Assembly (NCBI GenBank): GCA_015231405.1
Contig: JADGBR010000008.1
Span: forward strand, 25,216-89,215
Direction: 5' to 3'
Source: Candidatus Omnitrophota bacterium
GTDB lineage: Bacteria; Omnitrophota; Gorgyraeia; Tantalellales; Tantalellaceae
DNA: 64,000 nucleotides
A program made the position numbers and the translations under genes. Below the pieces are notes generated by a model. It did not search any database. It was given only the letters and a program-made list of their open reading frames with translations, and was not told the DNA's origin. Below, in pieces: positions 29,090 through 39,713 of this stretch (the first letter of the stretch is position 1; the number at the start of each line of letters is the position of its first letter).

Positions 29090-30538
29090 ATGAAGCGTCA
29101 GCATGAAAAGGCCATAATAAAGGTAAAGGTGTTCCTTGACGCGGTGATGATAGGGGCGGCTTTCCTGGTTTCTTTTGAATTGTCGCAGCTCATGCGCTTG
29201 ACTTACAGATCAGATGTTTTCGGAGGGGACCAGTTTTTTACGGCACCCGCCTATCTCTCGCAGTATTTGCCTTCGTTGTTTCTGTGGATACCCATATGGA
29301 TGCTGATGTTCTACCTGAACGGCAAATACCGTTCCTTTAGGAGAAGGTCTTTGGCAGATATATTCTTTCTTGTGGCCAGGACGGCGGTGATGTCATTTTT
29401 GTGTTTCGGCGGCGTAGCGTTTCTCCTTAAGATACAGTTTTTCAGCAGATTCTTTACTGTTATCTTTCTGGTGATAGCGTGTATCTTCCTTGTGGCCGAA
29501 CAGCAGCTGTTAATATTGTTCTCTCGCCGCATCTGGCGAAAAGGTTATGACGATTACAATATTCTGATCGTCGGGACGGGTAGAAGGGCCGGGGATTTTA
29601 TTAAGACGGTAAAAGATAATCCGGATTGGGGGTATAAGATACTTGGTCTTCTTGACCAGGACGAAGAAAGGGTAGGTCAAACATTTTACGGAGTTGAAGT
29701 TATTGAACACTTGTGGAATTTAAAGAAAATACTGCTTTCCGCCGTGGTCGACGAAGTATTCTTTATCGTACCCAGGCTCCAGCTCCATGCGCTTCAGCCG
29801 TACATAACTTTGTGTGAGCTCCTGGGAATAAAAGCGAGCGTCGCCGCGAATTTTTACGATCTCAAAATAGCGCGTGTCTACCAGGAGGAGATAACCGGCC
29901 AGCCCTTTATGACATTCGCCGTAAAATATGGAATGGATTTTCACCTTTTTCTGAAGAGGCTCATCGATATTTTTGGTTCATTGACAGCTATGGTCCTGGC
30001 TTCGCCTATCCTCGTGACAACGGCAATAATGGTCAAGCTGACATCCCCTGGTCCCGTATTTTTCATGCAAAAAAGAAAAACGCTTAACGGACGAGTGTTT
30101 ATTATGTATAAATTCAGGTCCATGTACAAAGACGCCGAACAAAAGCTTGTCGAGTACATGCACCTTAACGAGATGGACGGTCCTGTATTTAAGATTAAGG
30201 ACGACCCGAGGATCACGCCTATCGGGAAATTTATCCGTAAGACCAGCATAGACGAGCTCCCGCAGTTATACAATGTCCTCATAGGTGATATGAGTCTCGT
30301 CGGGCCGCGCCCTCCGATCCCCTACGAGGTCACAAAATACAAGATCCATCAAATAAGAAGGCTAAGCATGCGCGGCGGTATTACATGTCTCTGGCAGATC
30401 AGGGGCAGGAATATGTTGAGCTTCGACAAATGGATGGAATACGACCTTGAATACATAGACAATTGGTCACTTCTGCTCGATATCAAAATACTCCTCCAAA
30501 CCATCCCTGTGGTCCTCTTTGGCTCTGGAGCAAGATAG
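29090..30538 (+). CDS. Polyprenyl-phosphate hexose-1-phosphate transferase (WbaP/EpsB-type initiating sugar transferase)
   Basis: N-terminal TM helices, a central NAD-binding-like linker, and a C-terminal bacterial sugar transferase domain (KRLIDIFGS...PGPVFFMQKR...KFRSM...DELPQLYNVLIGDMSLVGPRP). AGGAG ribosome-binding site. Confidence 0.85.
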   Translation: MKRQHEKAIIKVKVFLDAVMIGAAFLVSFELSQLMRLTYRSDVFGGDQFFTAPAYLSQYLPSLFLWIPIWMLMFYLNGKYRSFRRRSLADIFFLVARTAVMSFLCFGGVAFLLKIQFFSRFFTVIFLVIACIFLVAEQQLLILFSRRIWRKGYDDYNILIVGTGRRAGDFIKTVKDNPDWGYKILGLLDQDEERVGQTFYGVEVIEHLWNLKKILLSAVVDEVFFIVPRLQLHALQPYITLCELLGIKASVAANFYDLKIARVYQEEITGQPFMTFAVKYGMDFHLFLKRLIDIFGSLTAMVLASPILVTTAIMVKLTSPGPVFFMQKRKTLNGRVFIMYKFRSMYKDAEQKLVEYMHLNEMDGPVFKIKDDPRITPIGKFIRKTSIDELPQLYNVLIGDMSLVGPRPPIPYEVTKYKIHQIRRLSMRGGITCLWQIRGRNMLSFDKWMEYDLEYIDNWSLLLDIKILLQTIPVVLFGSGAR

Positions 30539-30597
30539 TTTGAGCGACATCGGGAATAACGGCAATAACTAGCTTTGTATTAATAATAACAAAAATC

Positions 30598-30625
30598 TTG
30601 ACAATTTTTTTTTCTATGTTAAAAT
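30598..30625 (+). promoter_or_regulatory. Sigma70-like promoter, TTGACA-16nt-TGTTAAAAT (extended -10), upstream of the giant gene
   Basis: TTGACA at 30598-30603 and TGTTAAAAT at 30617-30625. AT-rich UP-like tract upstream. Confidence 0.4.
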
Positions 30626-30681
30626 AACTAAAAGTAAAAGTGCGGTAATTGTTCAACTTAATAAATCCTACGAGTTCAAAT

Positions 30682-33600
30682 ATGCGTAAAAACAGCATTA
30701 TTATAAAGGTTATTTCTCTTGCTATTGCTATACTTTTCACCCATGAACAAATAGGATGGGTGCAGGATGGTATTCCAGTATGGACTGATCTTCCCGATCA
30801 TAATAAAAATAAAATTGACACGAGAACCTCTAACATAGAGATACCAAATTACCTGGCCGAAGTTAAAAGTGACATACTGCCGGATTCCACTAGAGAGATC
30901 ATCCATATCCAGGACACGCATGCTTCTTTATCTGCCCAGGAATCGATAGCAACGATATTAGACCAATTAGCCTCAAATTATGACGTAAATTTAATTGGGA
31001 TTGAAGGGGCTGAAGGTTTTATCGATACTTCGTTACTCCGTTCAGTTCCAGATAAAAAAATAAGAGAAAATACAGCCAGATATCTAATGGAAAACGGTAA
31101 ACTAAGTGCAAGTGAGTTTTTCTCTGCCACAAGCGATAAAGACAATATCCTTTTGGTTGGTATTGAAAAAGATTCTCTTTATGAGAAGAACCTGGCGGGT
31201 GTCCGGGGGTTAGTAGAGAGGCGGGACGCTTATGTGAATGAAGTGAGGAAACTGCAAAGAGTTCTGGATCAGTTATCTGAGAATATTTATTCGAAAGAGT
31301 TGTCACAATTCGAAAAGCTTTCAACCGGTCATAGAAAAGGCAATGTCAGCTTCCCCGAATATTATAAGGGTTTGATCTCATTATTTTCCGATGACGGGAA
31401 GATCCTGGAAAAAACCGGTAATTCTGAAAATATCAGGAAGTTATTCAGTACCATCGAACTGGAAAAAAATATCGATTTTAAAGAAGCTAATGCCGAGAGA
31501 GAGCGGCTCCTGGATATACTAGGTAAGACGGCGGATAGGGATACGTTAGAGACGCTTGTCGGGAAAGTCGTATTATTTAAAGAAAAAAAGATATCGCAGA
31601 CCGATTTTTACTCGTATCTTGGCGATCTTGCCGCGGTGAATGGTTTGGATCCCGGGGGATATATCAATTTTATTAAGTACACGCAATACATCTCATTGTA
31701 CAGCGATATAGATATTCTCGCTCTTTACCTCGAAGTCGAAACTTTGGAGGAGAATTTAGTAAAGCAGTTATACGCGAATAAAGACCAGGAAGAACTCTAC
31801 AAATGGCGAAGGCTGGTACAGCTTTTTGTCCAGTTATACGATATGGAGTTCAGTAACGGCGATTTCGAGTATTTGTGCCGGAAAATGGACGGTATTAAGA
31901 TATCGGATCTGGAGGTTTTCCTTAAAGAAACCGCTTCTAAGTTGGGGCTTGCGATACATGAGCCTGTAAACCCCGCGCGCATCATAGAGGGCGTCGCCCC
32001 GGCGATAGATTTTTACCGGGTAGCGGAAGATCGGAATAAAAGCATGATAGATAACACCATCGCGAATATGCGTAAAGAAGGGAAGAATATCGCCGCGTTG
32101 GTGACAGGCGGATTCCACACCAAAGGGCTCACGAAATTAATAGCGGAAAATAACCTTTCATGCCTTGTAATTACCCCGAAATATGAGGAAGGCAAAGAGA
32201 GGCCGTATATAGCGATACTAACGAATAAGAAAAAACCTTACCAAAAACTTCTCGATTCCGGCAAATATGAGATAGCCGTGCGAGCGTATTTCGGGAATAT
32301 GGACGAGGAAAAGCTGTTCGAGATCGTGCTTCCTTCCCTCGCCCAGGTCGTTGCTAAAGGTGGTAATTGGAAGGAAGAAGCTTCGAAATACGCCTCCGTG
32401 TACGGTAAAGAAAGAGAGAGAGTTATGGCCGGGGATCGTCAGTTCGCGGGTCATAGCCTTACGGTTGAAGAATTCAGGAAGTATCTGGGCATAGATGATG
32501 TTGGCGCGGATAGATTGGATATAAGAAAACTTAATGACGGCAAAGTTTACACTAGACGCGTGAAAGAGAACGGTGAAGTTGAATATCTCGCGTGGGGTAT
32601 ATTTACTAACGGAGCGGTTATGTCGCCGTACCCCATCTCTGTCAGGAAAGGGAATTTGCTTTGGTTCGGGCTGCATTTTAGCATTAGGATCCCATTGAAG
32701 AACTTGATAGCCCCGCATATGGACGACGCGGTATACGCTTTACGTGTTGCCTGGTGGGTGGAAAGCATTCTCTTCTTTGTGATCCCGGTTGTTCTACCCA
32801 TAGGCGGTTTATATTTGATCACCGGTTCGATCCACCCGATCTGGCCGATATTTTCCATAATATTGACCGTGCCTTTAAGATGGACAGTTTTTAAGAGCCA
32901 TCCCGATGTAGAGGAGATAAAGTTCGTTGACGCGCTTAGAACGGTTATAACGAGGGAACCGTTACGGAATGTTACCCTGCCAAGGAAAAAATATATAGCG
33001 CCGTTGGATATCTCTTTCGCCGGTATGTTCCTGTCGGTTATCCCTCTTTTATCCCCCTTGGTCAATGTGACTTCCGCAAATGGCGCGATATCAGCGTCTG
33101 TTGTCATGGTGGGTTATCAGTTGTTCAGAGAGATCATGGCCATAACGCGCGGAGAAACACCCGGGGTAATGCAAGATGACTCTGAAGCCAGATCTCCGAA
33201 AAGCGCCAGGCACATAACGAAAGAGAAATATGACCACTTGGTATATGATCCTAAAAGGCTGGACATAGTATTGTGGAAAAAACACAGGGCCAAAGTCGAG
33301 GATATTAAAGGTGGTAAAATAACATTCTCGGGAGCTGACTGGTCAAGTTCTGAAGACGCCTCTTTGGGCAAGGAAACTAAGTTGCGCGCATATTTTGACA
33401 TAATGATAGACAAGTTATGCGACGGGCTTGGCGGGGTCCTTGCCGGTAATATCAATATCGACAAAACGGAACTTAAGAAAAAGATGGGGTTGATCATAGA
33501 CAACTCTTTTGAGGGAAATAGGGACGCAGCTCTCAAATGGTTCGATGGGATAAAAATGAACAAAGAGAATAACTTTGAGATAGTCCTTAATCCGCGGCAG

Positions 33601-36600
33601 CTAAAAACCGGGTCAGGGATCGGCATGCTTTCCAGTCTGGATCTACCCAAATGCGTTCTAAATATGGATCTTGGGATGTTGTACGCGGTAACGGATAGCG
33701 ATGTCCTGAACGCTCTGATCGCGATGACATTAGGCGCACAATTCCTGGGTTTTCTCTACAGGCATGACCAGGTCATGCTGAAGAATGGCGTCGGAGACCG
33801 AGGCGGATCCGGAGGGACGGACCCCTTTATTAGTTCGCCCCAGAAAGACAATAAAGGCGAAGTCATAACTATGACCGAGTATGATGCCCTGAATATGAAG
33901 TGTATCCAGGATGATCTTGCCGGAGCGGCCGATATTTTTGACAGGATCAACGATTTTATTTCGGATGTAAAACACCCTTCGGAAGTTTATTTTACCGCAA
34001 ATTACAAATTAGCACGCGAAAATATCCCGAGGTTTTTAGGAAATTTTTCCCCGGATATTCCGGATTCGTTAAGGCGTGAGAACGCGAGGTTGAAGCGCGT
34101 CGGGCGATATGAGATCGGCGGGGTGCTCGGAGCTGGAGGTATGGGGATAGTCTTATACGCCCGTGATCATGAGACGGGAGATCGTGTAGCGATAAAAATG
34201 ATAAAGAACAGCGCGGGGTCCGCGCCGGATGCAAATCTGCTTAACAGGTTCGAACTTGAAAACATCTCCGGGCAGTTGATAGATGACAGCCGCGTCATTA
34301 AAAGCAGGGGTAAATATACTTATACGACACAAGTCGCTGAGAATGTCAAGTTAACGTACGACTACATGGTGCTCCCTTATATCCCTTACTATACTTTGAC
34401 CGAATATATGGAAATTGTTAAGTATTCATCCCGCGGCGGCGGGTTATCAGCTGCCGATATGGCCAAAGTGTTTGAAGAGACTATCGTTCCGATCTTGGGG
34501 GGATTGGATGTCATCCATGAAAAGGAATTTATACACCGTGACATAAAGCCCGACAATGTAATGGTTGACCCCGACGATCACGGGAAAGTGATCATAATGG
34601 ACATGGGATTGTCGAGAAAACTCGATGACGAAAAAACAAGGAATACTTTAGAAGGCCAGGTGCTGGGGAGCAAAGATTATATTTCTCCCGAACAATCAAA
34701 AGACGCCGGTTCCGTTACCAGAAGGACGGATCTATGGTCTATGGGTGTTATATTGTACGAGATAGCGACCGGGAGGAGACCGTTTATCCATCAAAAGCTA
34801 TTGGATCTGCTTATCGCTATCCAAACAAAAGAACCTATACCCCCATCCGCGATCAACCCGAACGTCGACCCGGAATTGGAAAGGATAATTTTAAAAGCTT
34901 TAACAAAGGACGAAGACCAGCGCTACCAGACAGCACAGGAAATGATCGACGATCTGCAAGCGTGGGTAGCCATGGAAAAACCAGAAATAAAACGGGTAGA
35001 ACCAAATGACACAGCCCCGATGTTAACCCCTCGTCAGGCCGGATCAGACGGGGCCATCTCCGGCCTGGACCTGACCCCGCCAAGCCGACAAGCAATAGCG
35101 GCGGAGAAAAGCGGAAAAAAGAAAGTATCAAGAAAACAATTCATAGCGGTAATGCTGCCTATCATTGTACTCACCTTTGCAGCGGTCTGGGCAATAGGAT
35201 GGTACGGAATTATCCCCTTTTTCATGTGGCTCCTGAAAAAACTCGCGAAAACCACCACAGTTCCCGTCGGTCCTACAGAAACATCGGGCAAGTCTGATGA
35301 ACAACCCGCGATACAAACCGATAATCGCGCCCTTTTGTTTGGCGGAAAAACCGGATACTTTGACTGCGGCGATTCTAAAGGGCTGGCGAATGTCTTTGAT
35401 GGCGGGGGTACCATAAGCTTTTGGATGAGTTCTGACGATTACAGGGGAAGGGTAATAGATAAAAAAACATGGGATATAAGTTTTGCGGGCAATAGAGAAC
35501 AGTTAGTATTTACGTATCGGTTCGATGGCAGCAATGATTCGGCCAGATGGGAGTATTTCGGGAATGCGATCTCTCATTATGGTTGTAATCATATTGCAAT
35601 AAGCTATGATTCATCAAATCCTCAAATTAGTCCAAGGTTTGTTATTAATGGACAACTTGAAACTAACGTGAAAATGATCAAACCGGCAATAGGCAAAAGG
35701 ATCGATGACGCGAATCATCATCTGTGCGTGGGTTTGCCTGATGGAAATTACACTTTTAACGGTACGATCAGAGACGTTGCTGTTTTTAAGGAAGAATTGC
35801 CTATAGACTATATAGCGGGGATACATACGAGAGGAATAGATCAAAGACGAGAGGGTATAGAAAAAGAAAGTATGGTAGGGTACTGGCGTTGTGATGAAGG
35901 TGATGGCGATACGGTGTATGATGCAACATCAAGTGGAAATAATGGGATAATGCCGGAGTTGACTGACCAAAGGCCGGTTTGGGTGAAGATGAAGGTATTA
36001 ACGGAGAATGTAGGCACTTTGTTATTTGATGGTCTGCGAGGGCGAGTAAAAGTTATTAGCAGTGCGGCAATTACAAATATTTTTCGCAATTCGGGAAAAA
36101 TTGAATTTTTACTTTTCCCGAACGAGAAGGGCCCTAAGTTTTCCGCTGTCTTGTCCAAAAATGACCTGGTTTCCGAGTATGGTATATACACGGCCGATTT
36201 TAACAAAGGTTATTTGATATATTTGGACCGGGAAAATTCAAATATCGTTTTTGAACATGGTTTTTCCGAAAAGGGTGGTAGGTGGGTAACTGAATCTGGA
36301 AGTATAAGTTGGGGGCAGGTATTGCGCGTGGAATTTGAATATGACGCTACTTCTGTCAATAACGATCCGGTTATCCATATTAACGGAAAAAAACAGGTTC
36401 TCTATTGTGAAAATCGTCCTAAGGGAGTTTGCGGGAATGATGAGGAGATCCCGTTATTTATCGGGGATAGCCAAATAAAGGAAAATACATATTCTGGGCA
36501 AATAGGACGGTTGTCTTTTTACAGGAAAGAAGGGAATGGGCCATTTAAGCCTGTTGCTAAATATAATTTTGGAGAGGAGGCCGGTTCACGGGTAAGTGAT

Positions 36601-37914
36601 GCCATAGGCCATAACGATGGAAGCCTGGAGCCGCCTGAGCATATTCCAAAAAGAAAGATTATCCAAGAAAGAAAATGGGTCAGACTGGATTCGCACCTGT
36701 GGGTGTTGTTGCCGTACTTTATAACTCTTGCTACAGGATCCATGCTGCCGCTGCTTACGGTAGCTCTTATTGCGTGTGTGCTAAAAGCCGCCCAACTAAG
36801 CAGACGAAAAAACGTAGAACAAAAACAAATTCTGGTAGCCATTCCGGAAAATGCTTATGATGCTCTTAGCGCAAAAGATAAAGAAAGTTTGGGGGCTTTC
36901 AGTAACGCAAAAATTCTGCTATTTGATAATGGTATCAGCAACGAATACCTTGCTTTAGAGCTGGAGAGATATATTAGAAGGGACGGAGCGTTTGGCGCTA
37001 TTGTCCTTGATTATGAGGGTGATGGACCAGCATACGTTAAAGCTATCGGGTTGTTCATTGACGGCGTAAGTGAAGCCACTAATTTATCGCCGAGTAAATC
37101 CGGAACGAAAATTCAAAATATCAAAAGATTAGGAAGGATGTCCCAACGGGAATGGCGGGTACGTCTCGGTGCCCAAGGATCTGGATTGGAAGAATTAGTT
37201 TCGTTCCGAATATCGGAGCGGAATATATTTGATGAGAATCTGTGGCGACTAACCGCGAAAACCCGTTCAAAGATAAAACCATCCAATGCAACAATGAATT
37301 ATTTGCGTGTCGGGCCACAAGCCAAGGAACAACGTTGTGTGAGTATCGCCGTTAGGACAGTAACGGATATGCGCTCTATAGCTGAGATTCTCGGAAGGGT
37401 CGGCGCTGAAGGAACCGATAAAAGAAAGATCTTGGAGTATTTGCAGCTCAGAGTATCAATAAGCGGAGTGGATAAGTATAATATAGCGGATTACATGTAC
37501 AAAACCGGTCTTGATAAATATCTTGAAGTGGAGAACATTCTTTTCGTATCAGAAAAAACTACTTTTGCAGAAACTCTTCGTGACATAAGGACAGTCGAAA
37601 AATATTCAAGCATAAGAGACAGCCAGATAGTTGTGGGGGATTATAGGGATTTTTCGATCGAGTTGACGGCAAATACCCCGAAAGATCCGGAAGCAGCGCC
37701 TCTGTATGTGCAAATGAAGGGCCCAGGTCTTGCCGGGCAGCTTCTATTGGCGGTAATAGGAATTATCAACAATGAAAAAATGGATAAAAGATTAGGCCAT
37801 TCATTTGAAAAAGGTCAGAGGTGGTTTGAATTCCTACCGAACATAGGCGAAAATAACATCGAGACCCTTCGAGAGATGATCAATTGTGCCCAAAAAGCCC
37901 AAAGCATGGCGTAA
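30682..37914 (+). CDS. Giant (~2410 aa) multidomain membrane protein: TIKI/TraB/GumN-like N-domain, TM cluster, Hanks-type Ser/Thr kinase, TM, two LamG domains, TM, and a C-terminal domain of unknown function
   Basis: Kinase motifs GAGGMGIVLYA, VAIKMIK, HRDIKPDNVMV, DMG (DFG-like), ISPE and DLWSMGVILYE. Two Laminin_G_3-like units (LLFGGKTGYFDCG...GTISFW...HIAISYD...FNGTIRDVAVFKEEL and LLFDGLRGRVKV...IGRLSFYRK). N-terminal IIHIQDTHAS ... ALVTGGFHTKG is reminiscent of the TIKI/ChaN/TraB fold. The ORF-track start at 30649 is a TTG; I prefer the ATG at 30682. Confidence 0.75.
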   Translation: MRKNSIIIKVISLAIAILFTHEQIGWVQDGIPVWTDLPDHNKNKIDTRTSNIEIPNYLAEVKSDILPDSTREIIHIQDTHASLSAQESIATILDQLASNYDVNLIGIEGAEGFIDTSLLRSVPDKKIRENTARYLMENGKLSASEFFSATSDKDNILLVGIEKDSLYEKNLAGVRGLVERRDAYVNEVRKLQRVLDQLSENIYSKELSQFEKLSTGHRKGNVSFPEYYKGLISLFSDDGKILEKTGNSENIRKLFSTIELEKNIDFKEANAERERLLDILGKTADRDTLETLVGKVVLFKEKKISQTDFYSYLGDLAAVNGLDPGGYINFIKYTQYISLYSDIDILALYLEVETLEENLVKQLYANKDQEELYKWRRLVQLFVQLYDMEFSNGDFEYLCRKMDGIKISDLEVFLKETASKLGLAIHEPVNPARIIEGVAPAIDFYRVAEDRNKSMIDNTIANMRKEGKNIAALVTGGFHTKGLTKLIAENNLSCLVITPKYEEGKERPYIAILTNKKKPYQKLLDSGKYEIAVRAYFGNMDEEKLFEIVLPSLAQVVAKGGNWKEEASKYASVYGKERERVMAGDRQFAGHSLTVEEFRKYLGIDDVGADRLDIRKLNDGKVYTRRVKENGEVEYLAWGIFTNGAVMSPYPISVRKGNLLWFGLHFSIRIPLKNLIAPHMDDAVYALRVAWWVESILFFVIPVVLPIGGLYLITGSIHPIWPIFSIILTVPLRWTVFKSHPDVEEIKFVDALRTVITREPLRNVTLPRKKYIAPLDISFAGMFLSVIPLLSPLVNVTSANGAISASVVMVGYQLFREIMAITRGETPGVMQDDSEARSPKSARHITKEKYDHLVYDPKRLDIVLWKKHRAKVEDIKGGKITFSGADWSSSEDASLGKETKLRAYFDIMIDKLCDGLGGVLAGNINIDKTELKKKMGLIIDNSFEGNRDAALKWFDGIKMNKENNFEIVLNPRQLKTGSGIGMLSSLDLPKCVLNMDLGMLYAVTDSDVLNALIAMTLGAQFLGFLYRHDQVMLKNGVGDRGGSGGTDPFISSPQKDNKGEVITMTEYDALNMKCIQDDLAGAADIFDRINDFISDVKHPSEVYFTANYKLARENIPRFLGNFSPDIPDSLRRENARLKRVGRYEIGGVLGAGGMGIVLYARDHETGDRVAIKMIKNSAGSAPDANLLNRFELENISGQLIDDSRVIKSRGKYTYTTQVAENVKLTYDYMVLPYIPYYTLTEYMEIVKYSSRGGGLSAADMAKVFEETIVPILGGLDVIHEKEFIHRDIKPDNVMVDPDDHGKVIIMDMGLSRKLDDEKTRNTLEGQVLGSKDYISPEQSKDAGSVTRRTDLWSMGVILYEIATGRRPFIHQKLLDLLIAIQTKEPIPPSAINPNVDPELERIILKALTKDEDQRYQTAQEMIDDLQAWVAMEKPEIKRVEPNDTAPMLTPRQAGSDGAISGLDLTPPSRQAIAAEKSGKKKVSRKQFIAVMLPIIVLTFAAVWAIGWYGIIPFFMWLLKKLAKTTTVPVGPTETSGKSDEQPAIQTDNRALLFGGKTGYFDCGDSKGLANVFDGGGTISFWMSSDDYRGRVIDKKTWDISFAGNREQLVFTYRFDGSNDSARWEYFGNAISHYGCNHIAISYDSSNPQISPRFVINGQLETNVKMIKPAIGKRIDDANHHLCVGLPDGNYTFNGTIRDVAVFKEELPIDYIAGIHTRGIDQRREGIEKESMVGYWRCDEGDGDTVYDATSSGNNGIMPELTDQRPVWVKMKVLTENVGTLLFDGLRGRVKVISSAAITNIFRNSGKIEFLLFPNEKGPKFSAVLSKNDLVSEYGIYTADFNKGYLIYLDRENSNIVFEHGFSEKGGRWVTESGSISWGQVLRVEFEYDATSVNNDPVIHINGKKQVLYCENRPKGVCGNDEEIPLFIGDSQIKENTYSGQIGRLSFYRKEGNGPFKPVAKYNFGEEAGSRVSDAIGHNDGSLEPPEHIPKRKIIQERKWVRLDSHLWVLLPYFITLATGSMLPLLTVALIACVLKAAQLSRRKNVEQKQILVAIPENAYDALSAKDKESLGAFSNAKILLFDNGISNEYLALELERYIRRDGAFGAIVLDYEGDGPAYVKAIGLFIDGVSEATNLSPSKSGTKIQNIKRLGRMSQREWRVRLGAQGSGLEELVSFRISERNIFDENLWRLTAKTRSKIKPSNATMNYLRVGPQAKEQRCVSIAVRTVTDMRSIAEILGRVGAEGTDKRKILEYLQLRVSISGVDKYNIADYMYKTGLDKYLEVENILFVSEKTTFAETLRDIRTVEKYSSIRDSQIVVGDYRDFSIELTANTPKDPEAAPLYVQMKGPGLAGQLLLAVIGIINNEKMDKRLGHSFEKGQRWFEFLPNIGENNIETLREMINCAQKAQSMA

Positions 37915-38109
37915 TCTGGTATATTTGCAACTGAACGCTGACCAGTGCATGGGTTCAACATGGATATAAAAAATTCTCAAATATTTGCAAAAGGTGTGTC
38001 AATCGAGTAAGATTGATTTTAATTAAATAAATAGTTCGGGCTAGTGTGCTATTAACGCAGTGAGTTGAAGAGCAGTCCGCTTTGGAGAGTATGGTAAGTT
38101 GCAAAGGTT

Positions 38110-38661
38110 ATGGAAATTTCCAATACTCAAATACCTGGGTGTTATAAGATCATTCCAAATATTGTGAAAGATCATAGGGGTGAATTTGTGAAGATATTTC
38201 GTAAAGATATTTTCATGGAACATTGTTTGGAGACAGATTTTGTTGAGGAGTATTATTCATGTTCTTGCCGTAATGTATTGAGGGGGCTTCATTTCGGTGT
38301 CCCGCCGGCTGATCACGCCAAGGTTGTTAATTGCGTTTATGAGGAAGTGATGGATGTGGTCGTTGATTTGAGGGTTGGATCAGAAATGTTCGGTAAATAT
38401 CAAGCGTTTGAATTGAATGCCGCGAACGCTATCGGGATGTATATTCCAAAGGGTCTAGCGCATGGTTTTTACGTAAGAAGCGATATGGCCATTGTTGTTT
38501 ATCGCACTACGTCAGGGTATTCGCCTCTTTGTGATACGGGAGTGCGATGGGATTCTGCGGGCATACCCTGGCCCGGAACATCTCCTATAATGTCAGCGAG
38601 GGACATCGGTTTAAAACCTTTAAATCATTTCGACAGCCCTTTTAGGTATGTCTGTAAATGA
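38110..38661 (+). CDS. NDP-4-keto-6-deoxyhexose 3,5-epimerase (RmlC/AscE-like cupin)
   Basis: RGLHFGVPPADHAKVVNCVYEEVMDVVVDLRVGSEMFGKY matches the RmlC-family core (RGLHFQ...KLV.c..G...DVaVDlR). Confidence 0.7.
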   Translation: MEISNTQIPGCYKIIPNIVKDHRGEFVKIFRKDIFMEHCLETDFVEEYYSCSCRNVLRGLHFGVPPADHAKVVNCVYEEVMDVVVDLRVGSEMFGKYQAFELNAANAIGMYIPKGLAHGFYVRSDMAIVVYRTTSGYSPLCDTGVRWDSAGIPWPGTSPIMSARDIGLKPLNHFDSPFRYVCK

Positions 38662-38692
38662 CCAAGAAATATAGTTCTAAGAATCTTCGAGC

Positions 38693-39685
38693 ATGAAGCA
38701 TCTAACATATCTTGAACATGATGGTGCGGATGACAGGACGATCTATATCTCCTGCAGCAGCAGTAAGGAATTTGTCTTGCCGCTTACTGTAATGCTGGGA
38801 TCACTCTTCGCGCATGTTGACCGATCGTGGAAGGTGGTCGTTTATATTTTTGACGGCGGGATGCGGACTTCCGATCGCAACAGGATGTTGCGGTCTCTTA
38901 ATACAAAAAATGCAGACATTAAATTCCTAAAAATTAGAGATCACGCTCAATTGAAGGGCCTTGAAACCGAGGGACACTTTTCGATAGCATCAAGCTACCG
39001 TGTTATTGGGACCATGATGCTGCCGAAATCTATCACTAAAGTTATTCATCTTGACTCAGATGTTATTCTGAGTGAGGATATTTCAAAACTTTGGAGTGTC
39101 GATATCGGTGAGAACTATGTGCTCGCGGTACAAGAACAGGGAAAGGATCATCAGTATGTTTCATCTAAGGGTGGTATGGTTCATTACAGGCGTTTCGGCA
39201 TTGACCCGGGAACTAAATACTTTAACGCAGGAATAATGGTGATAAACCTCGAAAAATGGAGACAGGATAGCATCGCTGAAAGGACCATTGACTTTATGCG
39301 TGAAAATATTAAATATATCCAATGGTATGATCAGGACGCTCTTAACGTGGTTTTGGCGAATAAATGGGGGGAGTTGGATCATCGATGGAACCTTCTTACG
39401 CAGATATTCTCGAATTCCGGTTGGGAAGAAGGCCCCCTTGAGAGCGAAAAGAAATACAGAGAGTTAGTGGAGCATCCCTACATTATTCACTTCAATACCC
39501 CCGGTAAACCTTGGCATTTTGATGACGTGCATCCTTATAGGAACTTATTCATAGAGAACCTGAAAAAGACCCGGTGGTATTGGACGTGGAAACTGCAAAT
39601 GTGGAAAAGTTGTTTCGTAAAATATCTTCTACCCAGGGGATTCACTCGGTTCGTTAAGAAAATGTTATTATCGAAAAATTACTAA
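38693..39685 (+). CDS. Glycosyltransferase family 8 (LPS alpha-1,3-glycosyltransferase-like)
   Basis: HLDSDVIL DxD motif, FNAGIMVINLEKWR and YDQDALN, the GT8 signature. Confidence 0.7.
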   Translation: MKHLTYLEHDGADDRTIYISCSSSKEFVLPLTVMLGSLFAHVDRSWKVVVYIFDGGMRTSDRNRMLRSLNTKNADIKFLKIRDHAQLKGLETEGHFSIASSYRVIGTMMLPKSITKVIHLDSDVILSEDISKLWSVDIGENYVLAVQEQGKDHQYVSSKGGMVHYRRFGIDPGTKYFNAGIMVINLEKWRQDSIAERTIDFMRENIKYIQWYDQDALNVVLANKWGELDHRWNLLTQIFSNSGWEEGPLESEKKYRELVEHPYIIHFNTPGKPWHFDDVHPYRNLFIENLKKTRWYWTWKLQMWKSCFVKYLLPRGFTRFVKKMLLSKNY

Positions 39686-39713
39686 GTCTGACTGAAGTGC
39701 CGGAGGAAATGCT

